Positions 40,795-51,317 of a DNA stretch of 64,000 nt are shown in pieces. Where the stretch lies: NCBI GenBank assembly GCA_963707025.1, contig CAVPOM010000004.1, positions 384,001 through 448,000 on the forward strand. The letters are read 5' to 3'. The stretch is from an uncultured Verrucomicrobiae bacterium. Lineage in GTDB: Bacteria > Verrucomicrobiota > Verrucomicrobiia > Limisphaerales > Palsa-1400. The translations under genes were made by a program, and so were the position numbers. The notes under the pieces were generated by a model. The model did no database searches. It saw only the letters and a list, made by a program, of their open reading frames with translations, and was not told the origin of the DNA. Position 1 is the stretch's first letter. The number at the start of each line of letters is the position of its first letter.

Positions 40795-42462
40795 ATGAGC
40801 GTCGAGTTGCATTTCAATCAACAGCACACGTGTGTTGCGCCCGGGCCGTCGCTGTTCGACTGCGCCGAAGCGCTCGGCATCAAGGTCCCCACTTCCTGCC
40901 GCAAGCAGGGCAAATGCAAGGAATGTCTGGTGGAAATCACCGAGGGAATGGAGTTCCTTTCGGGCAAAGGGCCGGAGGAAAAGCATCTCCGGGAAAACTT
41001 CCGTCTCTCCTGCCGCTGCCACATGGTCAAGGATTGTGGCGCGGTGCGATGCCATACCCTGCGGCGGGGCGACATGCGCATCGAACGCCACGCCCTGCAA
41101 CTTCCCACCACCGGCCAAAAGTTGCCGCTTGATCCCGCCGTCACCCGCGACGGTGAGCGCATTCTGCTGGACGGAATGGAAATTGATCGTGGCGGCGGAC
41201 CGATCCACGGGCTGGCCATGGACCTGGGAACCACCACCGTCGTCCTGCGCCTGCTCAACTTGGAAACCGGCGAAATCGTGGCGGACGCATCCTTCGAAAA
41301 TCCGCAACGCTTCGGCGGCTCCGATGTGATGTCGCGCATCCATTACGACACGGAGGACGGCAGCAAATTGCTGCAGCGCACTCTGGCCGGTTACATCACC
41401 CATGCCATCGAGGACTTTCCGGCGGACCCGAAATCCATCTACGAAGTGGTCGTCGCCGCCAATTCCACCATGCGCGATCTTTACTTTGGATTGAATGTCC
41501 ATTCCATCGGGCAAAGCCCCTATCAATCCATCACCGAGTTGGAAATGGGGCAAGGCCGGCGGACCACGACCAGTCTGGCCGCGCCGGCCGGGCGATTGTG
41601 GCTGCCGATTCATCCCAAGGCGCGCGTTTATGGGTTGCCCGTCATTAGCGGCCATGTCGGCGCCGACGCCGCCGCCTGCCTGCTGGCGGTGGATCTGGCC
41701 AACGAAGAACGGCTCGTGGCCCTCATGGACATCGGCACCAATACGGAACTGATCCTCGGCAACCGGCACAAAATCCTGGCGGCGTCCTGTCCCGCCGGCC
41801 CGGCCTTCGAAGGCGGCAAAATTGCCTGCGGCATGCCGGGTCTGCCGGGCGCCATTGAAAAAGTGGCGATTGACCCGGACGGCTCCCTGCGGGCACAAGT
41901 CATCGGGGGCGGCGCGGCGGAAGGGATTTGCGGTTCGGGGCTGATAGATCTCTTGAGCGAACTGCTCAAGACCGGGCGCATGAACTCGCTGGGGCGTTTT
42001 GAGGCCGGCGGGGAACCGTTTGTGCTGGAGGCCGGGAGCGAGCGACCGATTTGCCTGACGGAGGGCGACGTCAACGAACTGGCCCAGGCCAAGGGCGCCA
42101 ACGCGGCCGGGCTGCACGTTATGTTTGACAGATACGGCATTCGCTTCGACGACCTGGCCGTTTTCTACCTGGCGGGCGGTTTTGGCCGGCATCTCAGCCT
42201 GGCGGCCTCCAAACGCATCGGGCTGATACCCGACCTTGACGAGGCAAAAATCCTGCAAGTGGGCAACGCCTCCATTGAAGGCGCCAGTCTGGCGCTGCTG
42301 TCGCGCGCCAAACGCGCGGAGTTGGAGAAGCTGGTCAAACGTGTCACCCACTGCCGCCTGGAAACGCACCCTGACTTTTTCCATTACTTTGTGGAGGGGT
42401 GCCAGTTCAACCCCATCACCTCGCTGGCGGCGCCAAACCCGCCCGTCTTGAATGCGATTTGA
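40795..42462 (+). CDS. ATP-dependent reductive activator of corrinoid enzymes (RACE/RACo, ASKHA DUF4445) with N-terminal 2Fe-2S domain
   Basis: SCRKQGKCKEC...RLSC, MDLGTTT, NPQRFGGSDVMSRI, DIGTNTE, AGPAFEG, GICGSG, LAGGFG. Confidence 0.92.
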   Translation: MSVELHFNQQHTCVAPGPSLFDCAEALGIKVPTSCRKQGKCKECLVEITEGMEFLSGKGPEEKHLRENFRLSCRCHMVKDCGAVRCHTLRRGDMRIERHALQLPTTGQKLPLDPAVTRDGERILLDGMEIDRGGGPIHGLAMDLGTTTVVLRLLNLETGEIVADASFENPQRFGGSDVMSRIHYDTEDGSKLLQRTLAGYITHAIEDFPADPKSIYEVVVAANSTMRDLYFGLNVHSIGQSPYQSITELEMGQGRRTTTSLAAPAGRLWLPIHPKARVYGLPVISGHVGADAAACLLAVDLANEERLVALMDIGTNTELILGNRHKILAASCPAGPAFEGGKIACGMPGLPGAIEKVAIDPDGSLRAQVIGGGAAEGICGSGLIDLLSELLKTGRMNSLGRFEAGGEPFVLEAGSERPICLTEGDVNELAQAKGANAAGLHVMFDRYGIRFDDLAVFYLAGGFGRHLSLAASKRIGLIPDLDEAKILQVGNASIEGASLALLSRAKRAELEKLVKRVTHCRLETHPDFFHYFVEGCQFNPITSLAAPNPPVLNAI

Positions 42463-42463
42463 C

Positions 42464-43764
42464 ATGCTGGAACTGTTCGACACCCACCCGGACTGCCAGG
42501 TGCAGGAATCCGAATTCAAACGCCTGCTGGGCTATCCGCCGCGTCATAATCTGGAGGGACGCGCCCGCGAAATCGCGGAGGCGAGCCGGCAGTGGTATGT
42601 CCAATTCGGCCGGCCATGGATTTACGCGCGGCAGGCGGAAGGGCTGGAACTGTCCGGCAGCCAGATTAAAATCAACGGCGCCGCCTTCTCCTCCGCCCCG
42701 CTGCACGAGCAATTCCACACGGCGCAAGTTCACAGCGCGCTGCTGCTGGCCGTGAGCGCCGGCCCGCAATGCGAAGAAAAAGCGCGGGCCTTTTGGCAGG
42801 AAGGAAAGCCCGACGAATACTTCTTCATGGAAATGTTCGGCTCGGCCGTGGTGGAGCATTTGGTCGCGGTCGCCAACGGCCGCCTGTGCGCCTGGGCGGA
42901 CCAACAAGGGATGGTCGCGCTGCCCCATTACAGTCCGGGTTATTCGCGGTGGGATGTCCGCGAGCAAACCAAATTGTGGGACCTGATCCGCCCGGAGGCG
43001 GGCGGCAAATTTGCCGGCCAGCTCGAGGTGTTGGACACCGGCATGCTCCGGCCCAAAAAGTCGCTTTTGGCCGTCGTCGGCCTGACGCGCCACTTGGACA
43101 AGGTGCGGTCCTACGCCAGGCTGGTGCCGTGCGAAAACTGCTCCTTGTCCGGCTGCCAGGTACCCGGCGCGCGCCCTTCGAGCATTTTCCGCCGCAAATT
43201 GAAGAGGTCGTCCGGCTCCAGCCCGGCGGTGAGGAAGCTTTATCCCCGCCCAACGGCAAGGTCCTGGCGTTGAACCATCAGGCCAAGTATTCCATTAACG
43301 GCAAAGCCTTGCGCAAATGGTCGCAGGAGCGCCTGCAATTAAAGTCCTTGCCAGACGGCGCCGTTGAGGCGCGGTTCCGCTACGAAGGCACCACTTGCTC
43401 AAACCTGGGCCGCCTCCTTGAATTCGACTATCTGGTGCTGCTGGCGCCGGGACACGACCGCTATAAAATTGTGGCGGCCTCGTGCGTCCCTGCGCCCGGC
43501 GACACCGGCCACACCTGGCAATGCGAATATCTGGAGGACCCCGCCTCCTTCCTGCGCGCCATCGCTGAGGAAAGGCCGCTGCTGGGCCGCCCGCTCGACG
43601 ATGTCCTGGCCTGGGAGCGCGCCTGGCGCCCGTCGGGCTGCTACTGCGACGCCGAGCGGCGCTTCCATAAATGGGGCCTGGTCTTTGAGGTGATTCACTA
43701 CGCCCTGGTGGAGCGCGAGAAAGCCGCGGCCAATCCTCGACAGCCGGACCGGGTTTTGGAATAA
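42464..43764 (+). CDS. MetH reactivation-domain-like protein fused to an unknown Cys-rich domain, frameshift near 43160
   Basis: YSPGY..WDVREQ, MLRPKKSLLAVVG, CENC...C; removing two inserted bases gives CQYRRAPF and joins the downstream frame. Confidence 0.7.
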
Positions 43765-43778
43765 ATAATCCATCCTTT

Positions 43779-44105
43779 ATGACTCAATTGTGCAGCATTG
43801 ACACGACGGCGCTACAAAAACTGCCGCCCGCTTTCCCGGAAAAATCCGGCATTGGCGCGCATTACACCGACGCCTTCATCAAACCGATGAACACCAAACT
43901 GGCGGATGGCACGCGCGTTTCCTGCAAGCGCAAAGGCTTGAAGATAATCCTGGTGGTCGGCGCAAAAAAAGGCGAAGGGTTGATGCGCCGGCTGGAGGTG
44001 AGCCGGGACCCGGTGGTGATGTTAAAGGCCGCCTTGCAGGAGGCGGCCAAAGCCGCCGGCGTTGAGTTGCAAATCACCGGCAGCGAAATCCTGGTCGCCC
44101 CCTGA
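43779..44105 (+). CDS. Hypothetical protein in the corrinoid activator operon
   Basis: 108 aa ORF 14 bp after the previous stop, native-looking codon usage. Confidence 0.7.
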   Translation: MTQLCSIDTTALQKLPPAFPEKSGIGAHYTDAFIKPMNTKLADGTRVSCKRKGLKIILVVGAKKGEGLMRRLEVSRDPVVMLKAALQEAAKAAGVELQITGSEILVAP

Positions 44106-44333
44106 GCCGCAGCCATGGGGAAGAGAACCACGGATGAACGCGGATGGACACGGATTTACCGGCACAGAAGAGCGGGTTTTACGTTGTTTTACAAGAACGA
44201 GCCTTCAATTACTTTTGGCTGCATCGCCGGCGCGCAGCCACTGACCACATGATAGAGCGCCGGGATGTCTCCCACATTGCGCCAAGCCGGCATCTTTCAA
44301 ACCGCTCGCCGCGGCGTCCGAAAAATCCAGCCG

Positions 44334-45317
44334 TCAGGGAAACCTCGCCTCCATCTCATTTTTGACAGCGGCGGCGACTTCGGCGGGCGTGCCGGGACGC
44401 TCGGCTTCTTGGCCCCAGCGCAAGTGCGCCATGTAAGAGTCGGCCTGGATCAATCCTTGTTTCTGCGCCGAGAGATCAATGTGTTCGGCGAAACGGTTGT
44501 CGAGATTGAGCTTGATTTCGTCGAAGTCATCCCAGGCTTTGACTTGCGAGGGGATGTCCTGCCAGTAGAGCACTTGATATTTCGATTTGGCGCCGGGCGG
44601 ACGCGCCGCCCGCGCTTCTGCCCGTGCGGCCATGACCGGGGCCAGCGCTGCCATTTTGGTTTTATGGACTGGAGCGGCGCCTTTGCCGACAAAATACAGA
44701 AACAGATCCACCGCGCTGGAAGCGTCCGCCCCGTAGCCGTCGGCGCCGATTTCGTCCGCATACATCTGGCTGATGGGCGCGCCGCCGATGGCCATTTTGA
44801 TGTGGCCGAGGCCTTTCGCCTCAAAGCCGTCAATCACCACCTTCATATAAGTCATCGTCGTGGTCAGCAACGCGCTCATGCCGATGATGTCCGGCCGGTG
44901 CCGCTCGGCGGCGGCGAGGAATTTATCGAGGCTCTGATCCGCCCCGATGTCATGCACCTGGAAACCGGCGCCCTCGGCCATCATGCAAACCAGATTTTTT
45001 CCAATGTCATGCAAATCGCCGCGCACTGTTCCCATGAGCACCGTTCCGGCCGACGAACTGGCGGCGCCCCGGGCGGTCAGGAGCGGCTTGAGCACGGCCA
45101 TGCCGGCCTTCATGGCGCGGGCCGCGATGAGCACTTCGGGCACGTAAAGCACATTATATTTGAAATCCTCCCCCACCACGCTCATGCCGGCGATCAGCCC
45201 TTCGCTCAGGATTTCCTGCGCGCTCCGGCCCTCGGCCAACGCGTCGCGGGTCATTTGTTCGACCTGCACGGCCTTGCCCTCGTAAACGCACTGATTCATT
45301 AAAGCGTAGTCCGGCAT
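44334..45317 (-). CDS. Corrinoid (cobalamin-binding) protein with C-terminal Virulence_fact-like domain
   Basis: Cap domain YVPEVLIAARAMKAG; DLHDIGKN, SALL, GGAP; C-terminal YQVLYWQDIPSQV...RFAEHID. Confidence 0.92.
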   Translation of the reverse strand: MPDYALMNQCVYEGKAVQVEQMTRDALAEGRSAQEILSEGLIAGMSVVGEDFKYNVLYVPEVLIAARAMKAGMAVLKPLLTARGAASSSAGTVLMGTVRGDLHDIGKNLVCMMAEGAGFQVHDIGADQSLDKFLAAAERHRPDIIGMSALLTTTMTYMKVVIDGFEAKGLGHIKMAIGGAPISQMYADEIGADGYGADASSAVDLFLYFVGKGAAPVHKTKMAALAPVMAARAEARAARPPGAKSKYQVLYWQDIPSQVKAWDDFDEIKLNLDNRFAEHIDLSAQKQGLIQADSYMAHLRWGQEAERPGTPAEVAAAVKNEMEARFP

Positions 45318-45341
45318 GGGTGCTTGCTTTTCCGAAACGGG

Positions 45342-46388
45342 TCAGCGTTTGGAATTAAATTCCTCCAGAGCTTGCAGCATCGCCCGGATGTTCTCGCGCG
45401 GCATGCCCGGACTCGTGCCGCCGCCGACGGACAGCACGATCCCCTCGCCGCCGCTTTTTTCCAGAACGTCCAGGGTGGCCGCGCGCACTTCCCCGGGCGT
45501 GCCGCGCACGCCCACTTCCAGCGGATTCACATTTCCCATCAGGCACATGCGGCCGCCGACGCGCGCCTTCACTTCGGCGTAATCGGTTTGCTTTCCCCAG
45601 TTCAGCATGTTGAACCCGGCGTCCGGCAGATGATCCAGGCAGGCCCCGACCTCCGCGTCGTTGTGATAGAGCTTGACCCAGTCCTTGGGAAAGGCGTCGC
45701 AGATTTTTTTCAGGCGGGGATGGGCGAATTCCAGGTAGTGCTCCTCGTTGACGAAGCCAACAATGTCGTCGAGAATGAAAATGCCCTCCACCGTGCCGCC
45801 CATGGCTTTTTGCTGGGCCTTGAGCCAGTCAATAATGAGATTGGTGCAAAGGTCGAGCAGTTTGTGCGCCCACTCCGGTTTTTCCACCAGATCAATCATG
45901 AAATCGGTCGTGCTGCGGACGAAGCCGGCGGTACACATCGGGCCGCGCGAGGTGACCAGGGGCAGAATCTCACCGGTGTCCAGGATGCGCTGGCGCTGCA
46001 TGCGGATGCGGTGCAGGGTCATGGCCATGAAGGCGTCGTTTTCCACCTCGTATTCCGGGAACCTCTCGATGTCCTCAATATGAAAGAGGGTGTGGTATTC
46101 GCTGGGCGTGTTGTCCTGCCAGAATTTGATCTTGGCGCCCAGAGCCGACGGTTCCGCCGCCATGCCGTATTCCATCCACCAGGAAGGGACAAAGATGATG
46201 TCGGGGAATTCCCGGTGAATTTTCAAGTGCGACTGGAACCACAATTCCGGGTCGAGGTAGAAATCCATGTGCTTAAGGCCGAGATAACCGGGAATCCACG
46301 GACTGTCCACGATCAGGGCCATCGGCACCTTGTCCAATTTCTCCAGGCGCGAGGCCCGTTTAAATATGTCCCATTGTTCAGGTCTCAT
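45342..46388 (-). CDS. URO-D/MtaA-CmuA family corrinoid methyltransferase-like protein
   Basis: RGP, ILDD, LYHND, LMGNVNPL, GTPGEVRA, PRENIRA; 24 bp upstream of the corrinoid gene. Confidence 0.85.
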   Translation of the reverse strand: MRPEQWDIFKRASRLEKLDKVPMALIVDSPWIPGYLGLKHMDFYLDPELWFQSHLKIHREFPDIIFVPSWWMEYGMAAEPSALGAKIKFWQDNTPSEYHTLFHIEDIERFPEYEVENDAFMAMTLHRIRMQRQRILDTGEILPLVTSRGPMCTAGFVRSTTDFMIDLVEKPEWAHKLLDLCTNLIIDWLKAQQKAMGGTVEGIFILDDIVGFVNEEHYLEFAHPRLKKICDAFPKDWVKLYHNDAEVGACLDHLPDAGFNMLNWGKQTDYAEVKARVGGRMCLMGNVNPLEVGVRGTPGEVRAATLDVLEKSGGEGIVLSVGGGTSPGMPRENIRAMLQALEEFNSKR

Positions 46389-46476
46389 AGCAATTGACTG
46401 GCAAAGGCGTCGCTGTGACGCCGGCCATTTTCGCGCCTTCCGGCCCTCGCATTTCAAGCAGAAAGCGCCGGCTCGT

Positions 46477-46509
46477 AGGATTGTCCATTCAAATCATAAC
46501 ATTGTCCAT
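46477..46509. promoter_or_regulatory. Putative AraC-family tandem binding site
   Basis: AGGATTGTCCAT-N10-ACATTGTCCAT, 21 bp period; same layout at 57468-57500. Confidence 0.5.
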
Positions 46510-46560
46510 GCGTAGGAGAGAGAGGACAGGCCGCATGGAGAATGCTATGATGGAGTTTGC

Positions 46561-46640
46561 CTGGACACCAGCAAGAGTTACGCGGTGGAACCGGGAGCAT
46601 ACGAAATCCTGGCTGGCAGCGCATCCAACAAGCTGCGCGA
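46561..46640 (+). pseudogene. Remnant resembling the C-terminal Fn3-like segment of GH3 glycosidases
   Basis: Translates to LDTSKSYAVEPGAYEILAGSASNKL; no intact gene around it. Confidence 0.4.
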
Positions 46641-46675
46641 GGGATTGAAGCCCGTCGTGCAGCGAAACCTCTTGC

Positions 46676-47533
46676 TCATACCACAGCCACGGTGTTTTGC
46701 AGGACGCCGATTCCGGTGATTTCGATGCCGACCACATCCCCGACTTGCAAGGTGAAGGCGGCTGGGGGGACGATGCCGGTTCCCGTCAATAACACTGCCC
46801 CATGGGGAAATCTCTGGCAGCGAAAGAGGAAGGAGGCCAGTTCCTCGAAACGGCGTTTGATCTGGGCCACGGAAGTTTCGCCCGCGAAAACAGGCTGTCC
46901 GTCGCGGCGGATTTCCAGCCGAATGGTCCACTGTCGCGCCTCGGCTTCGGTCGCGCCAAGCGTAATCCACGGACCCAGGGCACAGGAACGGTGGTAGGTT
47001 TTGGCCTGGGGCAAATACAACAGATTCTCCCCTTCGATGTCCCGCGAACTCATGTCGTTGCCTATGGTGTAACCGGCGATCTTCCCCTTGGAGTTGAGCA
47101 CCAGGGCCAGTTCCGGTTCCGGCACATTCCAGCGGGCGTCGCTGCGGATGCCCACTTCATCGCCGGTGGCGGCCACTTTTTCGGCCAGCGATTTGAAGAA
47201 GATTTCCGGGCGTTCCGCCGAATAGACCTTGTCATAGGCGGAGGCGCTGAAATCGGATTCCTCCATGCGCGCGGTTTTGCTGCGGAGGTAAGTAACGCCG
47301 GCAGCCCAGACTTCCTGCCGTTCGACCGGCGCGCATAATTGAACCTCAGAAAGCGAAACGTGGGGAAGAGGCGCGTACTTTGCGAGAAGCGGCGGCAGAT
47401 CAGGATTGTCCAGTTCCAGCAATGGTTGCAGTTGGGTGACACCGGCTGGAGTCAAGTCGAGCACCGTCGCATCCTCGTTGACCAATCCCACCTTGATCTC
47501 CCCGGCTTGGTTTTTAAAGCGGCAGATTTTCAT
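46676..47533 (-). CDS. FAH-family protein, 2-keto-3-deoxy-pentonate dehydratase-like (XylX/KdaD type)
   Basis: EVWAAGVTYLRS..ARMEES, AERPEIFFK, VPEPEL, GNDMSSRDIEGEN, LLTGTGIVP. Confidence 0.8.
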   Translation of the reverse strand: MKICRFKNQAGEIKVGLVNEDATVLDLTPAGVTQLQPLLELDNPDLPPLLAKYAPLPHVSLSEVQLCAPVERQEVWAAGVTYLRSKTARMEESDFSASAYDKVYSAERPEIFFKSLAEKVAATGDEVGIRSDARWNVPEPELALVLNSKGKIAGYTIGNDMSSRDIEGENLLYLPQAKTYHRSCALGPWITLGATEAEARQWTIRLEIRRDGQPVFAGETSVAQIKRRFEELASFLFRCQRFPHGAVLLTGTGIVPPAAFTLQVGDVVGIEITGIGVLQNTVAVV

Positions 47534-47541
47534 AATTTTCT

Positions 47542-48819
47542 TCACGGCGCCATCGCCACGGGCGGACTGGCGGGATGCTTTTGTTTCGGCAGCAAAAAGG
47601 CAAGCCCGACGCACACCAGCATCCCCGCGCCCAGCGCGTCGAAGGCGATGGCCGTGCTGTTATATTGCCTGACCAACCAGCCCACCACATAAGGTCCGGC
47701 GAAGCCGCCCAGGTTGCCGAAAGCATTGACCAGTCCCGTGACCGATCCCATGACGTTGGCGGGCAGGGTCTCGCTGACAATGGCCCAAAAGGGAGCCATG
47801 CCGGCAAAGGGTCCCGGTATGGCCAGGCAGAGGAAAGCGTAGGAAACCCAAAAATGCCCGCGCAAGGCGACGCTGAGAATCAGGCTCAGGCCGCTCATGG
47901 CATACATGGCCGCAACGTGGGTTCGGCGCTCCTGGGTTTTGTCGGAGTGCCAGGAGTTGAGGATCATCACCAGGGCGGTCACGACGTAGGGAACGGCGAA
48001 CAGAATTCCGTACTGCGTGGCGCTGTAACCCCGGTCCTGCAGGCGGTCGGTGAAGAAGGTCATGCATCCGTACGCGGCGCAATTGTGCAGAAAATAAAGC
48101 GCAATCATGACGAAGATGGACGGCTCGAAGAATCTTTTCCAGGCCGGTGTTTTTCGCGGAGGCTCCACTGCGGCCGCTTCCTTTTGCAGCGTCGTTTCCA
48201 GAAAATTCCGTTCTTCCGGCGAAATCCAATGTGCCTCGGCGGGATGATCTCGAATGACCATCCACCAGAGTGGAAGCCAGAGAAACGGCAGGATGCCCTC
48301 GGCCATAAGCATGGTCTGCCAGCCATAAGCTCCGAGCAGCCATCCGGTCACCGGCGCCGAACCGGCCACGGCCAGGGGCTGGCAAAGCTGCCACGCGGCG
48401 TTGGCCCGCGCCCGTTCGGCGCGTGGAAACCAATTGGCCAGCAGGACGAGCGTCGCCGGAAAAACGGCGCTTTCCGCCACACCGAGCAAAAAGCGCATGG
48501 CCTCAAATTGCCGGAAGGTCCGGGCCAGCCCGCAGCCCATGGCGCAAAGGCCCCAACTGACCAGGCAGAGGCTGACGACCTTGCGAGCGCTCCAGCGCGA
48601 CGCGAGCCAGCCGCCGGGAATTTGCAGCAGGAGGTAACCGAAGAAGAATATGCCCGCCGCTTCTCCTTTCATGGCGGCATCCATGTGCAGGTCCCGCAGC
48701 ATGGTGGAGACGTGAGGATCAGGATCCAGGGAGAGGGAGATGTTGGTGCGGTCCACATAGGAGATGGTGTACATGATCAGCGCGACGGGAATGATGCGCA
48801 GCCAGCGTTGTTGCTTCAT
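47542..48819 (-). CDS. MFS transporter, anion:cation symporter (sugar-acid) family
   Basis: YVDRTNIS, FFFGYLLLQIPGG, RFLLGVAE, WFPRAERARA, about 12 TM segments. Confidence 0.9.
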   Translation of the reverse strand: MKQQRWLRIIPVALIMYTISYVDRTNISLSLDPDPHVSTMLRDLHMDAAMKGEAAGIFFFGYLLLQIPGGWLASRWSARKVVSLCLVSWGLCAMGCGLARTFRQFEAMRFLLGVAESAVFPATLVLLANWFPRAERARANAAWQLCQPLAVAGSAPVTGWLLGAYGWQTMLMAEGILPFLWLPLWWMVIRDHPAEAHWISPEERNFLETTLQKEAAAVEPPRKTPAWKRFFEPSIFVMIALYFLHNCAAYGCMTFFTDRLQDRGYSATQYGILFAVPYVVTALVMILNSWHSDKTQERRTHVAAMYAMSGLSLILSVALRGHFWVSYAFLCLAIPGPFAGMAPFWAIVSETLPANVMGSVTGLVNAFGNLGGFAGPYVVGWLVRQYNSTAIAFDALGAGMLVCVGLAFLLPKQKHPASPPVAMAP

Positions 48820-49181
48820 AGAGGCGCGAAGGCGATGCCAAACTTCCCTGTCAAATCCCCGCCAGGCCCGTCAAGGCCGTCAACTTGGCGGGCGGGCGGC
48901 GGACCGCGTTGTATTCGGCGCTGTAAATCAACCGGGGACCTGCGAAACGCAGGGTGATCGTGGCGGTGAGTAATGAGAGCCAGAGGATGAATTTCATGTT
49001 CATAATGTCGCGACGGATGGGAACGCGCTCCTTTTTACTCGATGGCACTTCCGACGCCAGCTTTTTTATACCGGGAGGATTTCCGGGCTGGCCCCGAGCG
49101 GTTTTTCGTCCCTACCTGAACCTATCTGAACAGTTACGGTTTTTCTTTGTCCCGCGGCGGCTTGCTGGTTCAATGGCTTTC

Positions 49182-51152
49182 ATGAGTTCCACTGACGAAG
49201 TTTTTGATTCGGCGGCGCCGGAGATTTATCAAATCAAAACCCAGGCACCCGGCCCGGCGGGGAGTTTGCCGATCACGGAGGAGATGCTGCTCAACCGGCC
49301 CAGCGGTGATCTTTTCGGTTTATCGCTCAATGTGGGAATGGGGTGGAACCCGGCGGAGGCGGGACGAAAGCAGTTTCTGATTTTGAGCACCCAAGGGGGG
49401 TTGCGCGCGCCGGATGGAAAACCGGTGGCGCTGGGCTATCATACCGGGCATTGGGAAATCGGGCTGCTGGTGCAGGCGGCGGCGGAAGAATTGACCCGGC
49501 GGCAGACCATTCCGTTCGCCGGGTTTTGCTCCGATCCGTGCGACGGGCGGACCCAAGGGACGACGGGTATGTTTGACAGTCTGCCCTATCGGAACGACGC
49601 GGCGGTGATATTCCGCCGGCTGGCGCGCTCCCTGCCGTTGCGGGCCGGCGTGCTCGGGGTGGCCACCTGCGACAAGGGATTGCCGGCCATGATGATGGCG
49701 GTGGCGGGCTTGCGCGATCTGCCCTGCGTGGTGGTTCCCGGCGGAGTGACGCTGCCCGCCACGGGGGGCGAGGACGCGGGGACGGTGCAGACGCTGGGGG
49801 TTCGTTTCGCGCACGGACTGGTTTCACTGGCGGAGGCCGCCGACCTGGGATGCCGCGCCTGCGGGTCGCCGGGAGGAGGCTGCCAATTCCTGGGCACGGC
49901 GGCGACTTCCCAAGTGGTGGGAGAAGCGCTGGGCCTTTGCCTGCCGCACGCCGCGCTCGCCCCTTCGGGCCAGCCGGTGTGGCTGGACCTGGCCCGGCGC
50001 TCGGCCCGCGCCCTGATTGGATTGGAAAAACGCGGGCTGACCATGCGGGAATTGATGACGGCGGAGAGCATAGAAAATGCGATGGTCGTTCACGCGGCCT
50101 TTGGCGGTTCCACCAATTTGTTGCTGCACATTCCCGCCATTGCCCATGCCGCCGGGTTGAAAGCTCCGGCGGTGGAGGATTGGATTTCGGTCAATCGCCG
50201 GACGCCCCGCCTGGTGAGCGTGCTGCCCAACGGCCCCGTCGCCCATCCGACGGTGCGCGTTTTTCTGGCGGGAGGAGTGCCGGAAGTGATGCTGCACTTG
50301 CGGCAACTGGGGTTGCTGCATTTGAACGCGCTGACGGTTTCCGGAAAGACGCTGGGCGAAAATCTCCAGTGGTGGGAAGGTTCCGAACGCCGCCGGCGGT
50401 TCAAGGAATTGTTGCGCCAGAAGGACGGAGTGGACGCCGGCGAGGTGATCTTCGCGCCGGAGCGGGCGCAAGCCAGGGGCCTGACCAGCACGATGGTTTT
50501 CCCGCGCGGCAACCTGGCCCCGGAAGGTTCGGTGGTCAAAAGCACAGCCATTGATCCAGCCGTGGTGGAGGCCGATGGCGTTTACCGCAAGGAGGGGCCG
50601 GCGCGGGTCTTTGTCAACGAGAAAGATGTCATGGCGGCCCTGAAACAAGGGCGCATCAAGGCGGGGGATGTGCTGGTCTTGACCGGCGTCGGGCCGCGGG
50701 GAACCGGCATGGAGGAAACCTACCAAGTGACCGCGGCGCTGAAACATCTTCCCTTCGGCCGGCAGGTGGCGCTGCTGACCGATGCGCGTTTTTCCGGGGT
50801 ATCCACCGGCGCGTGCATCGGCCACATCGGCCCGGAAGGGCTGGCAGGAGGGCCGATCGGGAAGGTTTTGGACGGGGATGTCATCAGAATTCTAATTGAC
50901 CGCCATAACCTGGAGGGAACGGTGGATTTGGTGGGAGAGGGAACGCGCCGCTTCACGCCGGAGGAAGGCGCCCGGGTCCTGGCCGGCCGCGCGCCGCGGC
51001 CTGACCTGGCGCCGCATGCCGCCCTGCCTGAGGACACACGGCTTTGGGCCGCCTTGCAATCCGCCGGCGGCGGGACTTGGGCCGGGTGTGTTTACGATGC
51101 CGACAAAATCATCGCCGCCCTCGAAGCGGGACGGGCCGCCGTGGCTGGCTGA
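49182..51152 (+). CDS. YjhG/YagF family D-xylonate dehydratase (IlvD/Edd superfamily)
   Basis: [50 protein letters not shown]. Confidence 0.9.
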   Translation: MSSTDEVFDSAAPEIYQIKTQAPGPAGSLPITEEMLLNRPSGDLFGLSLNVGMGWNPAEAGRKQFLILSTQGGLRAPDGKPVALGYHTGHWEIGLLVQAAAEELTRRQTIPFAGFCSDPCDGRTQGTTGMFDSLPYRNDAAVIFRRLARSLPLRAGVLGVATCDKGLPAMMMAVAGLRDLPCVVVPGGVTLPATGGEDAGTVQTLGVRFAHGLVSLAEAADLGCRACGSPGGGCQFLGTAATSQVVGEALGLCLPHAALAPSGQPVWLDLARRSARALIGLEKRGLTMRELMTAESIENAMVVHAAFGGSTNLLLHIPAIAHAAGLKAPAVEDWISVNRRTPRLVSVLPNGPVAHPTVRVFLAGGVPEVMLHLRQLGLLHLNALTVSGKTLGENLQWWEGSERRRRFKELLRQKDGVDAGEVIFAPERAQARGLTSTMVFPRGNLAPEGSVVKSTAIDPAVVEADGVYRKEGPARVFVNEKDVMAALKQGRIKAGDVLVLTGVGPRGTGMEETYQVTAALKHLPFGRQVALLTDARFSGVSTGACIGHIGPEGLAGGPIGKVLDGDVIRILIDRHNLEGTVDLVGEGTRRFTPEEGARVLAGRAPRPDLAPHAALPEDTRLWAALQSAGGGTWAGCVYDADKIIAALEAGRAAVAG

Positions 51153-51317
51153 GGGAGGCAAGGGCCGGGGGTTGCCGACCGGCCGCATCTCGGCACAACC
51201 GCCGTGGATACCAAGCCCCCGCTGACTTTCTCCCCGTTGCCAGGCGCATCTTGACACTGCTACCGGAGTCAGGCGCAAGAAGGCTACAGGAGTGCGCCCG
51301 TCCTCGGGGAATGGCGC

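Noticed and set aside
44334..44600. Pathogenicity role for the Virulence_fact-like domain
   Set aside because: The family name is historical, and the context here is one-carbon metabolism.
32695..46388. Heme-pathway uroporphyrinogen decarboxylase (hemE) call for the two URO-D-family genes
   Set aside because: Both lack the HemE WxMRQAGR motif, and the context is corrinoid methyl transfer.
37957..46388. Acetogenesis or methanogenesis
   Set aside because: No Wood-Ljungdahl, CoM or pterin methyltransferase genes are in the window.
46389..46675. Cobalamin or SAM riboswitch upstream of the B12 genes
   Set aside because: No B12-box or SAM aptamer was recognisable by eye here or at 40520-40794; an Rfam scan would be decisive.
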